Part shown: piece after piece, positions 13,209 through 27,030 of the stretch
Numbering within the stretch: the stretch's first letter is position 1
How the letters are laid out: each line of letters opens with the position of its first letter
Source: Octopus sinensis
Taxonomy: Eukaryota
NCBI RefSeq assembly: GCF_006345805.1
Contig: NW_021831677.1
Coordinates: 1 to 40,849 of the forward strand
DNA length: 40,849 nt
Reading direction: 5' to 3'
The notes under the pieces: model-generated
What the model saw: only the letters and a program-made list of their open reading frames with translations
Told to the model about the DNA's origin: nothing
Database searches by the model: none
Program-made: the position numbers and the translations under genes

Positions 13209-13620
13209 CTTTTACTCTTTACTCTTTTACTTGTTTCTGTCATTTGACTGCGGCCATGCTGGAGCACCGCCTTTAGTCGAGCAAATCGACCCCGGGACTT
13301 ATTCTTTGTAAGCCCAGTACTTATTCTATCGGTCTCTTTTTGCCGAACTGCTAAGTGATGGCGACGTAAACACACCAGCATCGGTTGTCAAGCGATGTTG
13401 GGGGGACAAACAGACACACAACACATACACACACATATATATATACATATATACATATATACGAATGGCTTTTTTCAGTTTCCGTCTACCAAATCCACTC
13501 ACAAGGCTTTGGTCGGCCCGAGGCTATAGTAGAAGACACTTGCCGAAGATGCCATGCAGTGGGACTGAACCCGGAACCATGTGGTTGGTAAGCAAGCTAC
13601 TTACCACACAGCCACTCCTG
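13209..13620 (-). mobile_element. tRNA-derived SINE, family B (CORE-like segment, internal microsatellite), near full length
   Basis: Reverse complement: AGGAGTGGCTGTGTGGTAAG (A box), GGGTTCAGTCCC (B box), GGCATCTTCGGCAAGTGTCTT (CORE-like), internal (TA)/(TG) tract, tail ...GCATGGCCGCAGTCAAATGAC...(AGTAAAAG)n. Confidence 0.9.
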
Positions 13621-14018
13621 TTTTCTTCTTCTTACAAGTTTCTCTCTAAATGTCTTTAAATCTTTACCGTTCCTTCTTTATCTACCTCTACCCTGTATTC
13701 TTCTGTATCGATACTCCGGTATCGAACCTTCATTGCACTTCTCCACCCCAACACACATCTCTATTTTACACTTTTCTTCTCATTAAAGCCGCGACAAAGA
13801 ATTCTCTGTCAAATTGCAGGTTTCTTCTCCCTCAGCTCAATCAATCCCCAGTTTAGATACGACGGAATTCCAATTCGACGTGTTGCTGCCTTCATTAAGG
13901 TTCGGCTTCATTTCAGTGGTGTGTATATGTGGGCTTAAATTGTGTGTGCGTGTGCGTGTGTGTGTGTGTGTGGGGGGTATCTGTGTAAATACAGAAATAT
14001 GCAGTGTATCTAATAAGT

Positions 14019-14053
<35 letters not shown>

Positions 14054-14594
14054 ATGTATATGTATATATATATATGTATATATATATATGTATATATATA
14101 TGCATATATATATGCATATGCATTATATATGCATATATATATGTGTGTGTGTGTATGTGTAAATAGATGTATTTTCCCTTGTTAACACCTGCGTTTAACT
14201 CCATATTTACACACACACATATATATATATATGAGTGTATATATATATATATGTTATATATATGATGTATATATGCATTGTTATATGCATATATATATAT
14301 ATATATATTATATATTATATATATATATATATAATATATAAATATATATATATGTATGTATGTATATATGCATATATATACACACACATATGTATGTATA
14401 TGCATATATGTATGTATGCATGTCTCCGCGATAGAGTAGGCTTGTTGAGAGTTGAACCTACTTATACACGCGCAGGACTAATACTACTACTACTACTATA
14501 CTACTACTACTACTACTACTACTACTACAGATGCTGCTACTGATTGTATTGTTTAACTTACGATTCCCTTCCACATGTGGTGTGTGAATGTATA

Positions 14595-14635
<41 letters not shown>

Positions 14636-14640
14636 TATAT

Positions 14641-14935
14641 CACCGTGATCACCGTGACCGACCAGGCTATCAGATGTTGCTACACATCGCTGGTCACAAT
14701 GCTCTTCGCCTTGTACTAGCCTTCAAGTGACGCCACCCCGCTGGCTTAGCGAGCAGGCCAACAAAAGAAAGAATGAGAGAAAGTTGTGGCAAAAGAGTAC
14801 AGCAGGGATCGCCACCAGCTCCTGCCGGAACCTCGTGGAGCTTTAGATGTTTTCGCTCAATAAACACTCACAACGCCCGGTCTGGGAATCGAAACCGCAA
14901 GTCCGCTGCCCTAACCACAGGGCCATTGCGTCTCC
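14641..14935 (-). mobile_element. tRNA-derived SINE, family C
   Basis: Reverse complement: GGAGACGCAATGGCCCTGTGGTTAGG (A box), GGTTTCGATTCCC (B box), and a tail ending in short CACGGTGAT repeats. Flanked by (AT)n. Confidence 0.85.
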
Positions 14936-14944
14936 ATAATATAT

Positions 14945-14988
<44 letters not shown>

Positions 14989-15162
14989 CACTTAGTTTAA
15001 ATGTACACAAACGGCATGCATCCACGCACTTATAAATATGTGTATACATACATGTATACCCAAACATGTGCACACATTTATATACACACAAAACACATAG
15101 ATACATACACACACACACACACATTCCACATACATATATGTATATATATATATATATATTAT

Positions 15163-15228
<66 letters not shown>

Positions 15229-17544
15229 ATTTACTTTTCCGTTACGGTAAGCTCAACAAAAAAATGTACTCCGTCCAATGAGAAATGAATTTTTAATGTA
15301 CACTCTATTAATTAAGAGCTGGTAATACTTTCTTGTCATTAAGTCGCGTGGTTTGGTGGGTGTTTATAATGTATCTTGTGTCTCAAATTTTCGGGCTCTG
15401 AGCACACGCTTTGTTCTATTTCAAAATCAGGGCGCTGGTACACGTGAAACAACGAGAAAATACGAGAAGGTAGAGGTAAAAAGTTGAATGAGCAGACAAA
15501 AGGTGAATGAAAGTGGAAAAAGAGGAAAAAAGAAAGAAAGAACTACTTTCCCTTTGATGGAAGTCATAATTAAACTAGTTGTTGTTGAATAATTCAACAA
15601 AGTCTGCGACACAGCCGCTCTTTGTGAAGAGGAAGGTATCATCCAGTTCGGGAAAAGAAATTTGTCCATATGCTTGCATTTATTGAAAATTTCAGATATC
15701 GAATTAAGTAGTATGGTAGAATTCTTTCATCTAAAACGAATGTGCGATCTTCCAGTAACGCATTAAGAAATGCAGCTTATGCTTATTTTATGGGAAATTA
15801 ATACGAATAACTAAAAAACATAATCATAAACAAAGCAAAAAACATATTTTTCATTTTATTAAGAAAATATTGTTTAAAAGATTGTTTCATTACATTAAGA
15901 AAAGATTGTTGTGTGGAGAATGGAGAAACAACGATAGGGATTGTGAAAAGTTTTTTGTGTAGATAAAAATAGAGAATGCTTGGATAGCAAAGACACTGTA
16001 TGGCCAATACTCGAGACACGAATGCTTAGGACTCTGCACTTGTCTATTACGGCTACAGTGTTCCTTTGGTAAGATTTTTCGTATTCAAATCAATGGATCA
16101 AAAATGGGAAAAAAGTGAGTGAACATACTATCAAGGGATGCAAAGAAATGATAAAAGAAAAGAAAGCAAGAAAGAGATGAGAAGCGAAAAATACAAGAAA
16201 CGTATGCATATGCCAATATATAAATATGATTTTATGTGAGTCAATCGAAGGTGATATGGCCAATAACATAATAGATGCTTCGCAAAGTGTCTGCACTTCA
16301 CTGGTTTGTTGTTCAAATAAACCTCATAGCCGTGTAGGTTTTGGAGAATTCTCAGTTGTGCAGGGATCACGTTTTACTTCCTCTTACTTAAGAATAAACT
16401 TTACTTAATGTTGCGAATAGATTTTCGTTTTAATTGCCAAATACATAACACATGTCGCAAGTCCTTTTGCAAAAAGCTTAACAGAGAATGACTTTAGAAA
16501 GTTCTACCAGTGTTGAAATATTGTAGAAGAAGAAGAAGAAGAAGAAGAAGAGAGGGGAGGAGGAGAAGGAGGAGGAAGAAGAAGAAGAAGAGAAGAAGAA
16601 GAAGAAGAAGAAGAAGAAGAAAGGATTTTCTTAAGATAGATCTTGGCTAGTAGAACGAGGGAATCAAGGATTTGTTGAAATACGCAGTGAGACGTCTACA
16701 CATTTTGACACACACTAAAACACACGCACACACGTATGTATGTATACATATACTCACACAATCACACATACGCACACACACATATACATAAATATATATA
16801 TATGCATAAATGCACACGGTGGATATACACACACACAAAGATATGTTTGTATGTGTGTGTGCATATGTTCGTATATGTGTGTGCATGTGTGTGTGTATGT
16901 ATGTGTATGTGTTTATGTGTGTGTGTGTGGGGGCATTATGTGTGTGTGTGCGTGCGTATATGTGTGTGTGTAAAAAGAAAAACGAACATTGAAAAGAAAG
17001 TTTGAATCTGAAAGAATTTACAATTCAATAAAAGAGTTTTTAAACAGAAAACTTGTAAGGATGTTGGTGGGGGAGATGTCGTCGGTGATTGAAGAATTGA
17101 AGAAGTGGCGGCGGTGGTGGTGGTGGTGGTGGTGGTGGTGTATTGTGGTGGTTGCAGATGGAGTGGCGGTATTAAAGGATAGAAGGGATCAACGGAGACG
17201 TTTTTAAAAAACAAAAGGAGACAAGGGGGCCAAAAAAAAATTTGCATAATGATATCATGATGGGTGTGTGGAGGGGAGGGCGTTGAAATGGTGCAGTAGG
17301 AGGAGGAGGATAGAGGTGACGAGGGCAATGTTGACAGACGGGGATAGAGTATGAGGGGAGGAAAGAGGCGAATTGAAAGAGAGGGGGAAAAGAGGAGTGA
17401 GAAAGAATAACGCGAGAGAGGGAGAGAAGGACAGACAGACAGACAGACTGCTAGATAGACTGACAAACAGACAGGCGGGCAGATAGGTAGACAGACAGAG
17501 AGACACGCAAATAGATAGATAGAAAGAGAGAGAGAGAGATAGGC

Positions 17545-17614
<70 letters not shown>

Positions 17615-17779
17615 CAACAGGCACACATCATCGGAGAGATAGTTCTGTAGAAAAGTAGATAGATTAATAGATAGATAATTGCAATAACACACACACACAC
17701 ACACACAAACATATGTATGGAGGCATGTATGGAGACAGCATGTAGATGATGACATAGAAGTCGGAGAACAAAGTAGAGT

Positions 17780-17852
<73 letters not shown>

Positions 17853-17940
17853 GAAATAAAGTACAAAAGTACAGAAAGGTGACGGGTGGATGAAGGGTAG
17901 CGGGTGTCACGACGTTTACTATGGAGTAAGTTCTCTTTCT

Positions 17941-18060
17941 ATATATATATATATACATACTTACAAAGAAGATATATAAATATATATATATACATACTTA
18001 CAAAGAAGATATATAAATATATATATATACATACTTACAAAGAAGATATATAAATATATA
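17941..18060. repeat. 37-bp tandem repeat x3
   Basis: TTACAAAGAAG recurs at 17961, 17998 and 18035. Confidence 0.9.
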
Positions 18061-18067
18061 TATATAT

Positions 18068-18098
<31 letters not shown>

Positions 18099-19234
18099 TG
18101 CATACATATATGTATATACATAGATATACATGTGTTTGTGTGTACGTGTGTGTGAGTATATACATATGTATGTGTGTATGTTTGTATACACACTTGTACA
18201 CACATATACATACATGTATGCATAATATAGTCAGGTAGGAAAGCGGGAAAGAGGGAGCCGGAGAGAGAGGCTGGTAATGGTAGTAGGGAAGGAGTGGTTG
18301 GGGGAGAGGGAGGAGGAGGAGGAGGTAAGAGTGGTGTTGAACGAGGTGGGGGAGAGTGAGAGAAGAGAGACTGGAAAGCGGAGTTAATGAAGACTATGTA
18401 TTAAATGTGGAGGGGTGGGGGGTAAAGAGTAGGTAAGAATGGAAGGAAAAAAGGAAGGATGGAAAGAGAGTGTGAAACAAGAAAGAAGAGTAGGAAGCAG
18501 AGGTTACAAAAATAACCCACAAAAGACTTAGGATGAGGGAGGATAACGTATCAACGGGGGGGGGGCGAGAGGAGGAGGAGGAGGAAGAGGAGGATTAGTG
18601 AGAGCGATTATGGTCGTTGGTGGTGTGTTTGTTTATCGTTGTCATACTGGTTGTTGTTGTTGCTGTTGTTGTCGTTGTTGTTAGTCCCCCCCACCTCACC
18701 CATCCACCTAATGATAAATAAATAAATAAACATATCTAAACAAAATTTAAGAAAAAAAAAAATTCTCTTTCCAGAATATTCGGAGCCATTCAAACAAAAC
18801 AGCTTTCAATGTGGTTCATCGTATTGTTTGTTTGTTAGTACTTTGGATGGTAGTGGTGGTGGTGGTGGTGGTGAGAGTGTGTTGTTGGTACAGTTGCTGC
18901 TAGAGACGAGCTATGGTAGAGGGGTGAGGGAGGAAGAGGAGGAGGAGAGACAGGTTAAATAGTTGATGGGAGGGGGGAGAGGGGCGACTGTGAGCAAGGA
19001 ATTATTGATTTCTTAACTTCAAGAATTCAGTTCCTCAAAGAATTCTTCATTGTTACACTGTAGACTCCCCTTATCTATTTGGTTCCCAGAATTAAACTTT
19101 TATTGTGAATCTCATGAATAGTCGCAGTGACTTTATGGCTCCATGGTGCCAATACTAAACTTAACTCCAGTTTCCGAAGAGTTTCTGATGGAGCACAAAG
19201 CTAACATAGCTAACATTCAAGGAAAAGAAATATT

Positions 19235-19632
19235 CTGTTTTACTCTTGGCACAAGGCCCGAAATTTTGGGGGAGGGGGGGCCAGTCGATTAGATCGACCC
19301 CAGTACGCAACTGGTTCTTTATTGATCCAGAAAGGATGACAGGCAAAGTCGACCTCGGCGGAATTTTAACTCAGAATGTAAAGACTGACGAAATACCTGC
19401 TTCTGTACTACCCACAAGGGGCTAAACACAGAGAAGACAAACAAGGACAGACAAACGGATTAAGTCGATGACATCGACCTCAGTGCGTAACTGGTACTTA
19501 TTTAATCGACCCCGAAAGGATGAAAGGCAAAGTCGACCTCGGCGGAATTTGAACTCAGAACGTAACGGCAGACGAAATACCACTAAGCATTTCGCCCGGC
19601 GTGCTAACGGTTCTGCCAGCTCGCCGCCTTAG
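19235..19632 (-). mobile_element. Family A SINE dimer (head + body + second body with alternative tail), 14-bp TSD
   Basis: Two tandem cores joined near 19397. GGAAAAGAAATATT lies at 19221-19234 and 19633-19646. Confidence 0.92.
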
Positions 19633-19670
19633 GGAAAAGAAATATTGGTGCGTCTCTCACGTACGTATGC

Positions 19671-19731
<61 letters not shown>

Positions 19732-19872
19732 TGTGTGTGTGTATATTTTCAATATTTACAAATAACACGGAAAACAAAATAAATAGTAGCAAATATTCAC
19801 ATAAGTACCAAACTGTAACAGCCTACTTATAAAGGTAGAAATTCCAGGTTTTGGTGAAATCTTTATTAATAT

Positions 19873-20100
19873 GTTAGGGCAGCAGACTCGCGGTCGGAGG
19901 ATCGCGGTTTCAGTTCCCAGACCGGGCGTTGTGTGTGTTTATTGAGCGAAAACACCTAAAAGCTCCAACTTTCACTTTTTCTTCTTATTTCTTGGGTAAC
20001 GCTGCGATGGACTGGCGTCTCGTCCAGCTGGGGGAAACACATACGCCACAGAAACCGGGAAACCGGGCCCATGAGCCTGGCTAGGGTTGAAAAGGGCGCA
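19873..20100 (+). mobile_element. SINE with family C head and a different, V-domain-like body
   Basis: 19873-19967 matches the head of 14641-14935, then GGGTAACGCTGCGATGGACTGGCGTCTCGTCCAG...AGAAACCGGG (V-SINE-like domain, recalled). Confidence 0.8.
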
Positions 20101-20110
20101 TATATATATA

Positions 20111-20507
20111 TCTTTATATATAAATGTAAGGTTGTGTGTCTGTCTCCTACGATTTAGATTCCTAACTACTCCCACATTTTGCGGTGCAGTTTAACCAAAA
20201 CCGGGTATCTTATAGTCGTGATTCATATCGAGCCCTTCTGGGTATTAGCGCGCGTCTACGATGAGTCTACGATTTAAAAAATAATTTACCATCATGTTTT
20301 CCCATTTTAATGCATTTTTACGCTATTATATAAGGGAAATAACTCTCTAAAAATGTCTACGATGAGTCAACGATTTAAAAAAAAATTTACCATCATTTTT
20401 TTCCCATTTTTAATGCATTTTTTTGCCATTTTTTGGCTATAAATCTCTAAAAAGGCTTTATAGTTATTTCCCTTACAAACCCGAGCAACGCCGGGCGATA
20501 CTGCTAG
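20111..20507 (+). mobile_element. Non-autonomous Helitron
   Basis: 5' TC, 3' CTAG, GC hairpin CCCGAGCAACGCCGGG (20480-20495) just before the end, inserted between A and T. Internal ~100-bp tandem duplication (20256-20453). Confidence 0.85.
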
Positions 20508-20524
20508 TATATATATATATATAT

Positions 20525-20563
<39 letters not shown>

Positions 20564-20601
20564 TATTTATGCGCCCCTTTTCACTATCTGTATATATATA
20601 T

Positions 20602-20676
<75 letters not shown>

Positions 20677-21699
20677 TATGTATACATATACATATGCGTG
20701 TATATATATGTATGTATGTATGTATTTATGTGTGTGTGTGTGTATCGATATAGATATACATATATATATACATATGTACATACAGACTTATATACATTCA
20801 GACAACTTTATAAACTAATGAGAGAACAAATGAAAGTAGCACTCAACACATTTAGACGTATTTCATAACAATTTGAGTCGACCCTGCAATACTTTCGTGG
20901 GCGTAGAACAATTTTATCTTGTCAAAATCTACAAACAATCTGACGAGGGGCGGTGGGTGGGGGGAAACATGAATTTATGTGAAGTGCAGATGAGTCAAAC
21001 ACTTACTAAATATACATGTACACACACACACACACAGACACACAGACATACACACACATACACATATGTACACATGCGTGTCATGTATGCGCAACGTATT
21101 TGCTGCGAAACATATGCGCAGATGAATGTATGTAGGTTATGTATGTGTGAGTGTAACTATGATGTTTGCAGCGACATTGTATCAAATAAAACTGGAAGTA
21201 AATAACACCACTTCATCAAAAGTGTCAACGGTTTTATTAATTATCTACTAATTAACCCATGAAATGTTAATAGGGCAAAGGAAGGAGAAGTTGCGTAATA
21301 AAGGGAGCCGGAAGTAGAATTAATAATTTTAATGTTATTGTTAGTGAAGTCAGTTTCAGGTTAACGGACATTCCAGCTTCGACTGTATTGTCATTTCAAG
21401 GATAGCTAGGATCATATATACAACCCCGTGTTGTACAACAATGTGTTCGTCCATCGCCACCATGTTCTTTAGTTTCTTTGGGCATTTTTATGTTTTAGAG
21501 TTTTGGGTAAGGGTGTGTCTGTTAGCTCCTAGTTCTGCATTCTTGGTAAAAATAGACAAGATCGGGGATTCCTCCACGACCTCACACGGTGTGGCATAGC
21601 TGTTTCTGAGAGGAATGGAAAGATAGAGATAGATAGATAGATATATAGATATATAGACAGACAGACAGACAGATATATACACAGACACATAGATAGATT

Positions 21700-21785
<86 letters not shown>

Positions 21786-21844
21786 CAGGCAAACAGACAA
21801 TCAGACAGGTCAGCCTGGGACTTGTGAACCCTAAACCTAACGCA

Positions 21845-22062
21845 ATAATTGGTTTCAAATTTAAGCACAAGGCCAGGAATATCAGGAGAGGGAGTAAAGT
21901 CTAGTACATCGACCTCAGTGCCAAACTGGTAACATATTTTATCGATTCCGAAAACATGAAAGGCAAAGTCAACCTTGGCAGTATTTGACCTCAGAACGTA
22001 AAGGCGGACGAAATGTCTCTAAGCGCTTTTTTCCGGCATGTTAACAATTCTGCCAGCTCTCT
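21845..22062 (-). mobile_element. Diverged family A SINE (alternative-tail type)
   Basis: ATGAAAGGCAAAGTCAACCTTGGCAGTATTTGACCTCAGAACG...TCTGCCAGCTC aligns to the other copies with many substitutions. Confidence 0.85.
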
Positions 22063-22169
22063 CATGACCTAACAGAATAATTAATTCTGTTTTATGAACA
22101 ATGACATCAACTCAGGAAAGGGTTTTTGCCGATTCCTTCATCACCTGGAATTGGGTTTGGGGACCTGCA

Positions 22170-22558
22170 AAGAAGCGTACTCACGGTAATGCCAGGTTGC
22201 ACACTTCTTTTGCACATGCGGCAGACATTACTGGGGCTCGGCTGGGAAGTTTTGCATCACCCTCTATAGTCGCCCAATCTTAGGTTTTATAGTTTCCACG
22301 TCTTTACAGTTTTTTCCCAATTCGTTGAATAAACAAATCTGCAACTCCGAAGAGAATGTGAAAATTCACCTGGAAGAGTTCCTCGCCAGTAAAGACAGGA
22401 AATTCTTTAGACACGGAATAATGGATCTTCCCAAAAGATGGCAGGAGATGCTGACACTAAACGACAATTATATCATTGAATAAATAAATCGCTTTATATT
22501 TAAAACTGGAGTCTTATTTTCACTTTTAAAAAATCGAACGTACGTTTTAGCTAACCAG

Positions 22559-22561
<3 letters not shown>
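22170..22561 (+). mobile_element. Mariner 3' remnant: degraded transposase C-terminus and right TIR
   Basis: Frameshifted translation gives HGNARLHTS (cf. HDNARPH), LGWEVLHHPL*SPNL (cf. YSPDL) and NSLNKQICNSEENVKIHLEEFLASKDRKFFRHGIMDLPKRWQEMLTLNDNYIIE* (stop 22481-22483). TIR-like end CGAACGTACGTTTTAGCTAACCAGA-TA. Confidence 0.9.
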
Positions 22562-22596
<35 letters not shown>

Positions 22597-23306
22597 ATGT
22601 CTGTGTGAACGTGTATATGGGTGTGGTGTGTGTGTGTGTGTGTATGTGTGTGTTTGTGTGTGTATGTGTGAGTGTGTGTATAAAATATAGACAATCACAC
22701 ACATATATAATATATAATGATCTATGTATATACATGCATACACACTCACACAGAAACACACATATATATATGTATGCATACATACGCATGCTTACACAGA
22801 GAAACGTCGAAGTATGTGGGATGCAAAAAACTGCATTCACTGCAATAAAATATATTCCAATCTGTTGTTAGTCTCTCTCTCTCTCTCTTTCTCTCTGTCT
22901 CTCTCTTACAAGGATAAGGATGTATGCACGTATTGATTGTCAGATGTTTCCCGTCGCAGAATAATACAATTTCTTACCAAACAACTTGAGATGCTAAGAA
23001 CTGAATGCAAAGAGCGTTCAGCAACTTAGAACGGCGGTGGCGTACAGGAGAAGAAACGAGGCTTTGCCATTTTCCACTTACCTAAAGAGGAAGATAAAAA
23101 AAGAAAAAAAACAGAAAGAGTTAGACTGTGGCAAGGAATCAATGAATAAAGTATATATATATATATATATATACAACAATTATAGTATGTGTGTGTGTGT
23201 GTGTGTGTGCGTGTTGTGAGTGTGTGGTGTGGTGTGATTGTATTATACAGAACTCGCCTGAGCGGCAGATTGATAGAGAAACGGAGCACCACACACACAC
23301 ACACAT

Positions 23307-23820
<514 letters not shown>

Positions 23821-23920
23821 AGAGAGAAAGAGCGATCCACACTCACACAAAACACTTATGTTTGTGTATAAAGAGAGTGAGAGATACATGGCAAGAAGCA
23901 TATAAAAGAGATAGATAGAT

Positions 23921-23974
<54 letters not shown>

Positions 23975-24653
23975 AGAGCGTACAGAGAAAGAAAGGCAGT
24001 TTATGAAAGGAAGGGGGAGGTGTGTGGATTGCTATTCCTCTGTAAAGAATATAATTTTGTGTAGGTTTTGTTGGTGAAGTGCTATGAATATTTCATGGAA
24101 AAACAGTGAAAAAAAGTGAACATTTATTGTGGAACAGATTTGAAACGTATTATTTATTCAGCATGATTGTATATTGCTGTTTGCACTTGTAATTATTGGT
24201 GTCCATGGTTACATTGATAAGTGTTTTAATAATAACAACAGACAATCAAAGAGTAACCACATCAAACACGCGTCTACAGCAAAGCTGACGTCGACGAAGA
24301 ACTGTTAAAATATACAAAACTTCTCAAAAGTTTATCGAGTAACGTTACATAGTCGTTAGGGCCTCTGTTACAATGATTGTATATTGTTTCATAGGAAGCA
24401 GTCTTAGTTTAGGGGTTGACTTCAAAGGATGAAATGAATAAACGAGCCCCCTCTCCCCCGCCCCCGTAAATGCACATATTTCTGGCTCCGAGTTTTTGTA
24501 GACAATTGTTGTTTATATAAAACAATTCCTTTTGGAATTTTATCCTGTTCTTTGTCGTGTTCCTCGATGAAAAGATGTAAGGGATATTGTTCAGATACAC
24601 TACAGAATTCCTGCAATGTGAAGCTCATCCATACATACATGTCTGGCAAGTTT

Positions 24654-24671
24654 TAGCGCCCTCTGCTGGCC
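24654..24671 (-). promoter_or_regulatory. CTCF-like binding motif
   Basis: Reverse complement GGCCAGCAGAGGGCGCTA closely matches the CTCF core consensus (CCASYAGRKGGCRS). Motif match only. Confidence 0.5.
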
Positions 24672-25279
24672 TTGCTGGAAATTGTGGCGGCGGGAGAATA
24701 ATAATGCTTGAGGTAGTGAAACTTATAGATTCCAGACACTTAAGGGGAGAGCACTGGAATCAGAAACCAAAGGATTTTAACCCTTTTAAATATGAATTTT
24801 AATAATGAAAATGCTGCCCTGTGCTTGTTGAGGCTTAAATTCGCATTCTTTCAAGTGAATGTTTATTCTTTTTGAGTTAAAAATCCTGATTCAAAGAGAT
24901 TATATTTTCCAGGAGGCTTAACGAGCATTTTTATGGTTAACTGCTGTGTATGGAACCATATTGTTGTTGCGCTCCAAACTGTTGTAAAATGTTAAAGACC
25001 CATTACGAAATGACAAATCAAGACACAGGAATATAACAGAGCTCAAACTACCAAATAACGCAAATGTAAAAATCTAGAACACCCAGAACCTTCCTGTCAT
25101 TATTAGAAGAAGTGTTTGTAACATCTTACAAATTCTTCAACTGAAATGACATCAAAATGCATCACCGTCTAGATTTCGCGATACAACAGAAAAAAAAATA
25201 TAACTAGCTAATTCCTCGCTCCCTATGATCCCACCCAAACAACAGACTTCCAAGTTCAGATCCACTCAAAAGCGTCCAC

Positions 25280-25630
25280 TCAATGTATTTGCTTCCAACT
25301 GACAGTGATATCCATATTCCTTATAAAATGATGGCAATATCTAAACGAATTATACTGAACGTGCAGAGGTCATTTAAGAGTAGATACAATCAACACATAT
25401 ATTCTTTCAGATTAAAATATAGACTCACTACCACCTTACTATCAGGGTACATTTAGAAACTGAAGACAAATAGAGTTGAAAATAGGTGAGTAATGTCTAA
25501 TTGTCGCTCCTTCGAAAAGGGGTCTTTTACTTATCTGAAAACTGACAAAGCGAAAATTTCGAAGAATCCTAGTAAACATAAAGGCCACCTAATGGCATGT
25601 AAGAAACATGAGACCATTTTCAAGAAGTTA
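25280..25630 (+). pseudogene. Penelope-like element GIY-YIG endonuclease remnant
   Basis: From 25370: SFKSRYNQHIYSFRLKYRLTTTLLSGYI*KLKTN, matching the PLE motif FKxRYNxHxxSF...TxLSxYIWxLK; followed by a CKKH-like end. Confidence 0.7.
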
Positions 25631-26006
25631 GAAAGTTACTTCTACTTAACATTATATCGATTCATGGAATTACACGCCCCCTCCAACACGCACTATTCCT
25701 CTTTTACTTCTTATATTATTATTAACCATTCCATTTAGACAATCCATTGCTTGATTAAATATCCGGTAAATCAATCACTCAATCAAGCCATCAATTAATC
25801 AGTCGATTAATCACTCACTCACTCACTCACTCACTCACTCAATTAATCAATCAACCAGCTGGCTTTGCTAAAGTCAGTTCTTCGCCATTCACAAACTCAG
25901 CAATATGCTTTTTCTACTTCAGATCTGCTAATCTTATAGTTTTTAGATTCTGTTTTTATATTTAAGGAGATAAAAGTGAAAATGTGTGTGTGTGTGTGTG
26001 TGTGGC

Positions 26007-26038
<32 letters not shown>

Positions 26039-26059
26039 AAAGACCTGTATAATAACTTG

Positions 26060-26240
26060 TTTATTGTGACCAAATGTTCGTGTCGCACATTACGTCACTC
26101 CCTCCTCCATCAAATAGACGGTGTCTGAATAGGTGCACGGTGTACCACACTTCAGGTGTCGAAGTGATCTCAGAGCAACGTGAGATGAAGTGTCTTGCTC
26201 AAGAACACTATAGAGCCCGGTCTTGGAATCGAACTCACTG
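26060..26240 (-). mobile_element. CORE-type SINE fragment
   Basis: Reverse complement has GAGTTCGATTCC (B box) followed by GTGTTCTTGAGCAAGACACTTCATCTCAC (CORE-like). Confidence 0.7.
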
Positions 26241-26391
26241 TCTCTCTCTCTTTCTTTAGTGTATATATATATATATATTATAATATATATATATAAAATA
26301 TATAATATATATATATATATATATACATACATACATACATATATATATATACATCTATGTATGTATGTATGTATATGTATATATATATATA

Positions 26392-26424
<33 letters not shown>

Positions 26425-26426
<2 letters not shown>

Positions 26427-26620
26427 TTCGCCATGCTAGATTGCTAGCCACTATACCTTTTTATTTTTCTCTCCCTATTTATTATTTCTGTGTTCCTTTC
26501 AATCGAAGAGCGTAGGCTCGAAACGTAAAAGACTTTCTCACTTCCCGAGCGTTAAACTAATACACCTGTTTGTTATTTACACACCCGTCTTCGTCTTTTG
26601 CTTTTTGTAAATTCTCACTA
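26425..26620 (+). mobile_element. Penelope-type terminal-repeat-like non-autonomous element with hammerhead-like motif
   Basis: CTTTC...GAAGAGCGTAGGCTCGAAACGTAAAAG; homologous copy at 31422-31577 on the minus strand. Confidence 0.6.
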
Positions 26621-26799
26621 TATATACATATGCTTGTATGCAAGTACGTATCTATGTATCTATGTAAGTCTGTAAGTACCAAGAGACTGGCTGAAGCGAA
26701 GTGACCAGTAGTTTCATGAAACCATAAGCTTTACATCGGAGTGTCCTTCTACAAACAGCTAAGAGTCCTTAATTTCTCTTGGTTTTACTGAGCGCCCTG

Positions 26800-27030
26800 A
26801 CACCAACAAAGAGCATGTCTGTATCCCGCGCCGACGGAGAGATATCTGTTTATGGTGATCTCATTTGTCATTCCATCAACTCAAAGTTCTTTTGCGATGG
26901 AAGAAGGGAGACGTGTGCACATCTGATCAGTTGGAAGCGCACAGTAAGTTACAACTTTCGTCTGTCACCTATGCTTCAGCAGCGATAGTGAAAAGTCATC
27001 TGAGATGTTATGGATGGAAAGTCACAAATT
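26800..27030 (+). pseudogene. Possible RTE-type LINE RT C-terminal remnant
   Basis: ORF pieces LISWKRTVS and AAIVKSHLRCYG resemble RTE motifs ISWxDRVSN and IKKRRLRWYG; weak. Confidence 0.35.

Noticed and set aside
13385-13659. Recurrent peptides CHAVGLNPEPCGW and FRLPNPLTRLWSAR in several ORFs
   Set aside because: They recur because they translate family B SINE copies, not a gene family.
15430-15680. Coding-looking purine-rich stretch
   Set aside because: Interrupted by stops, with no recognisable domain or convincing splice pair.
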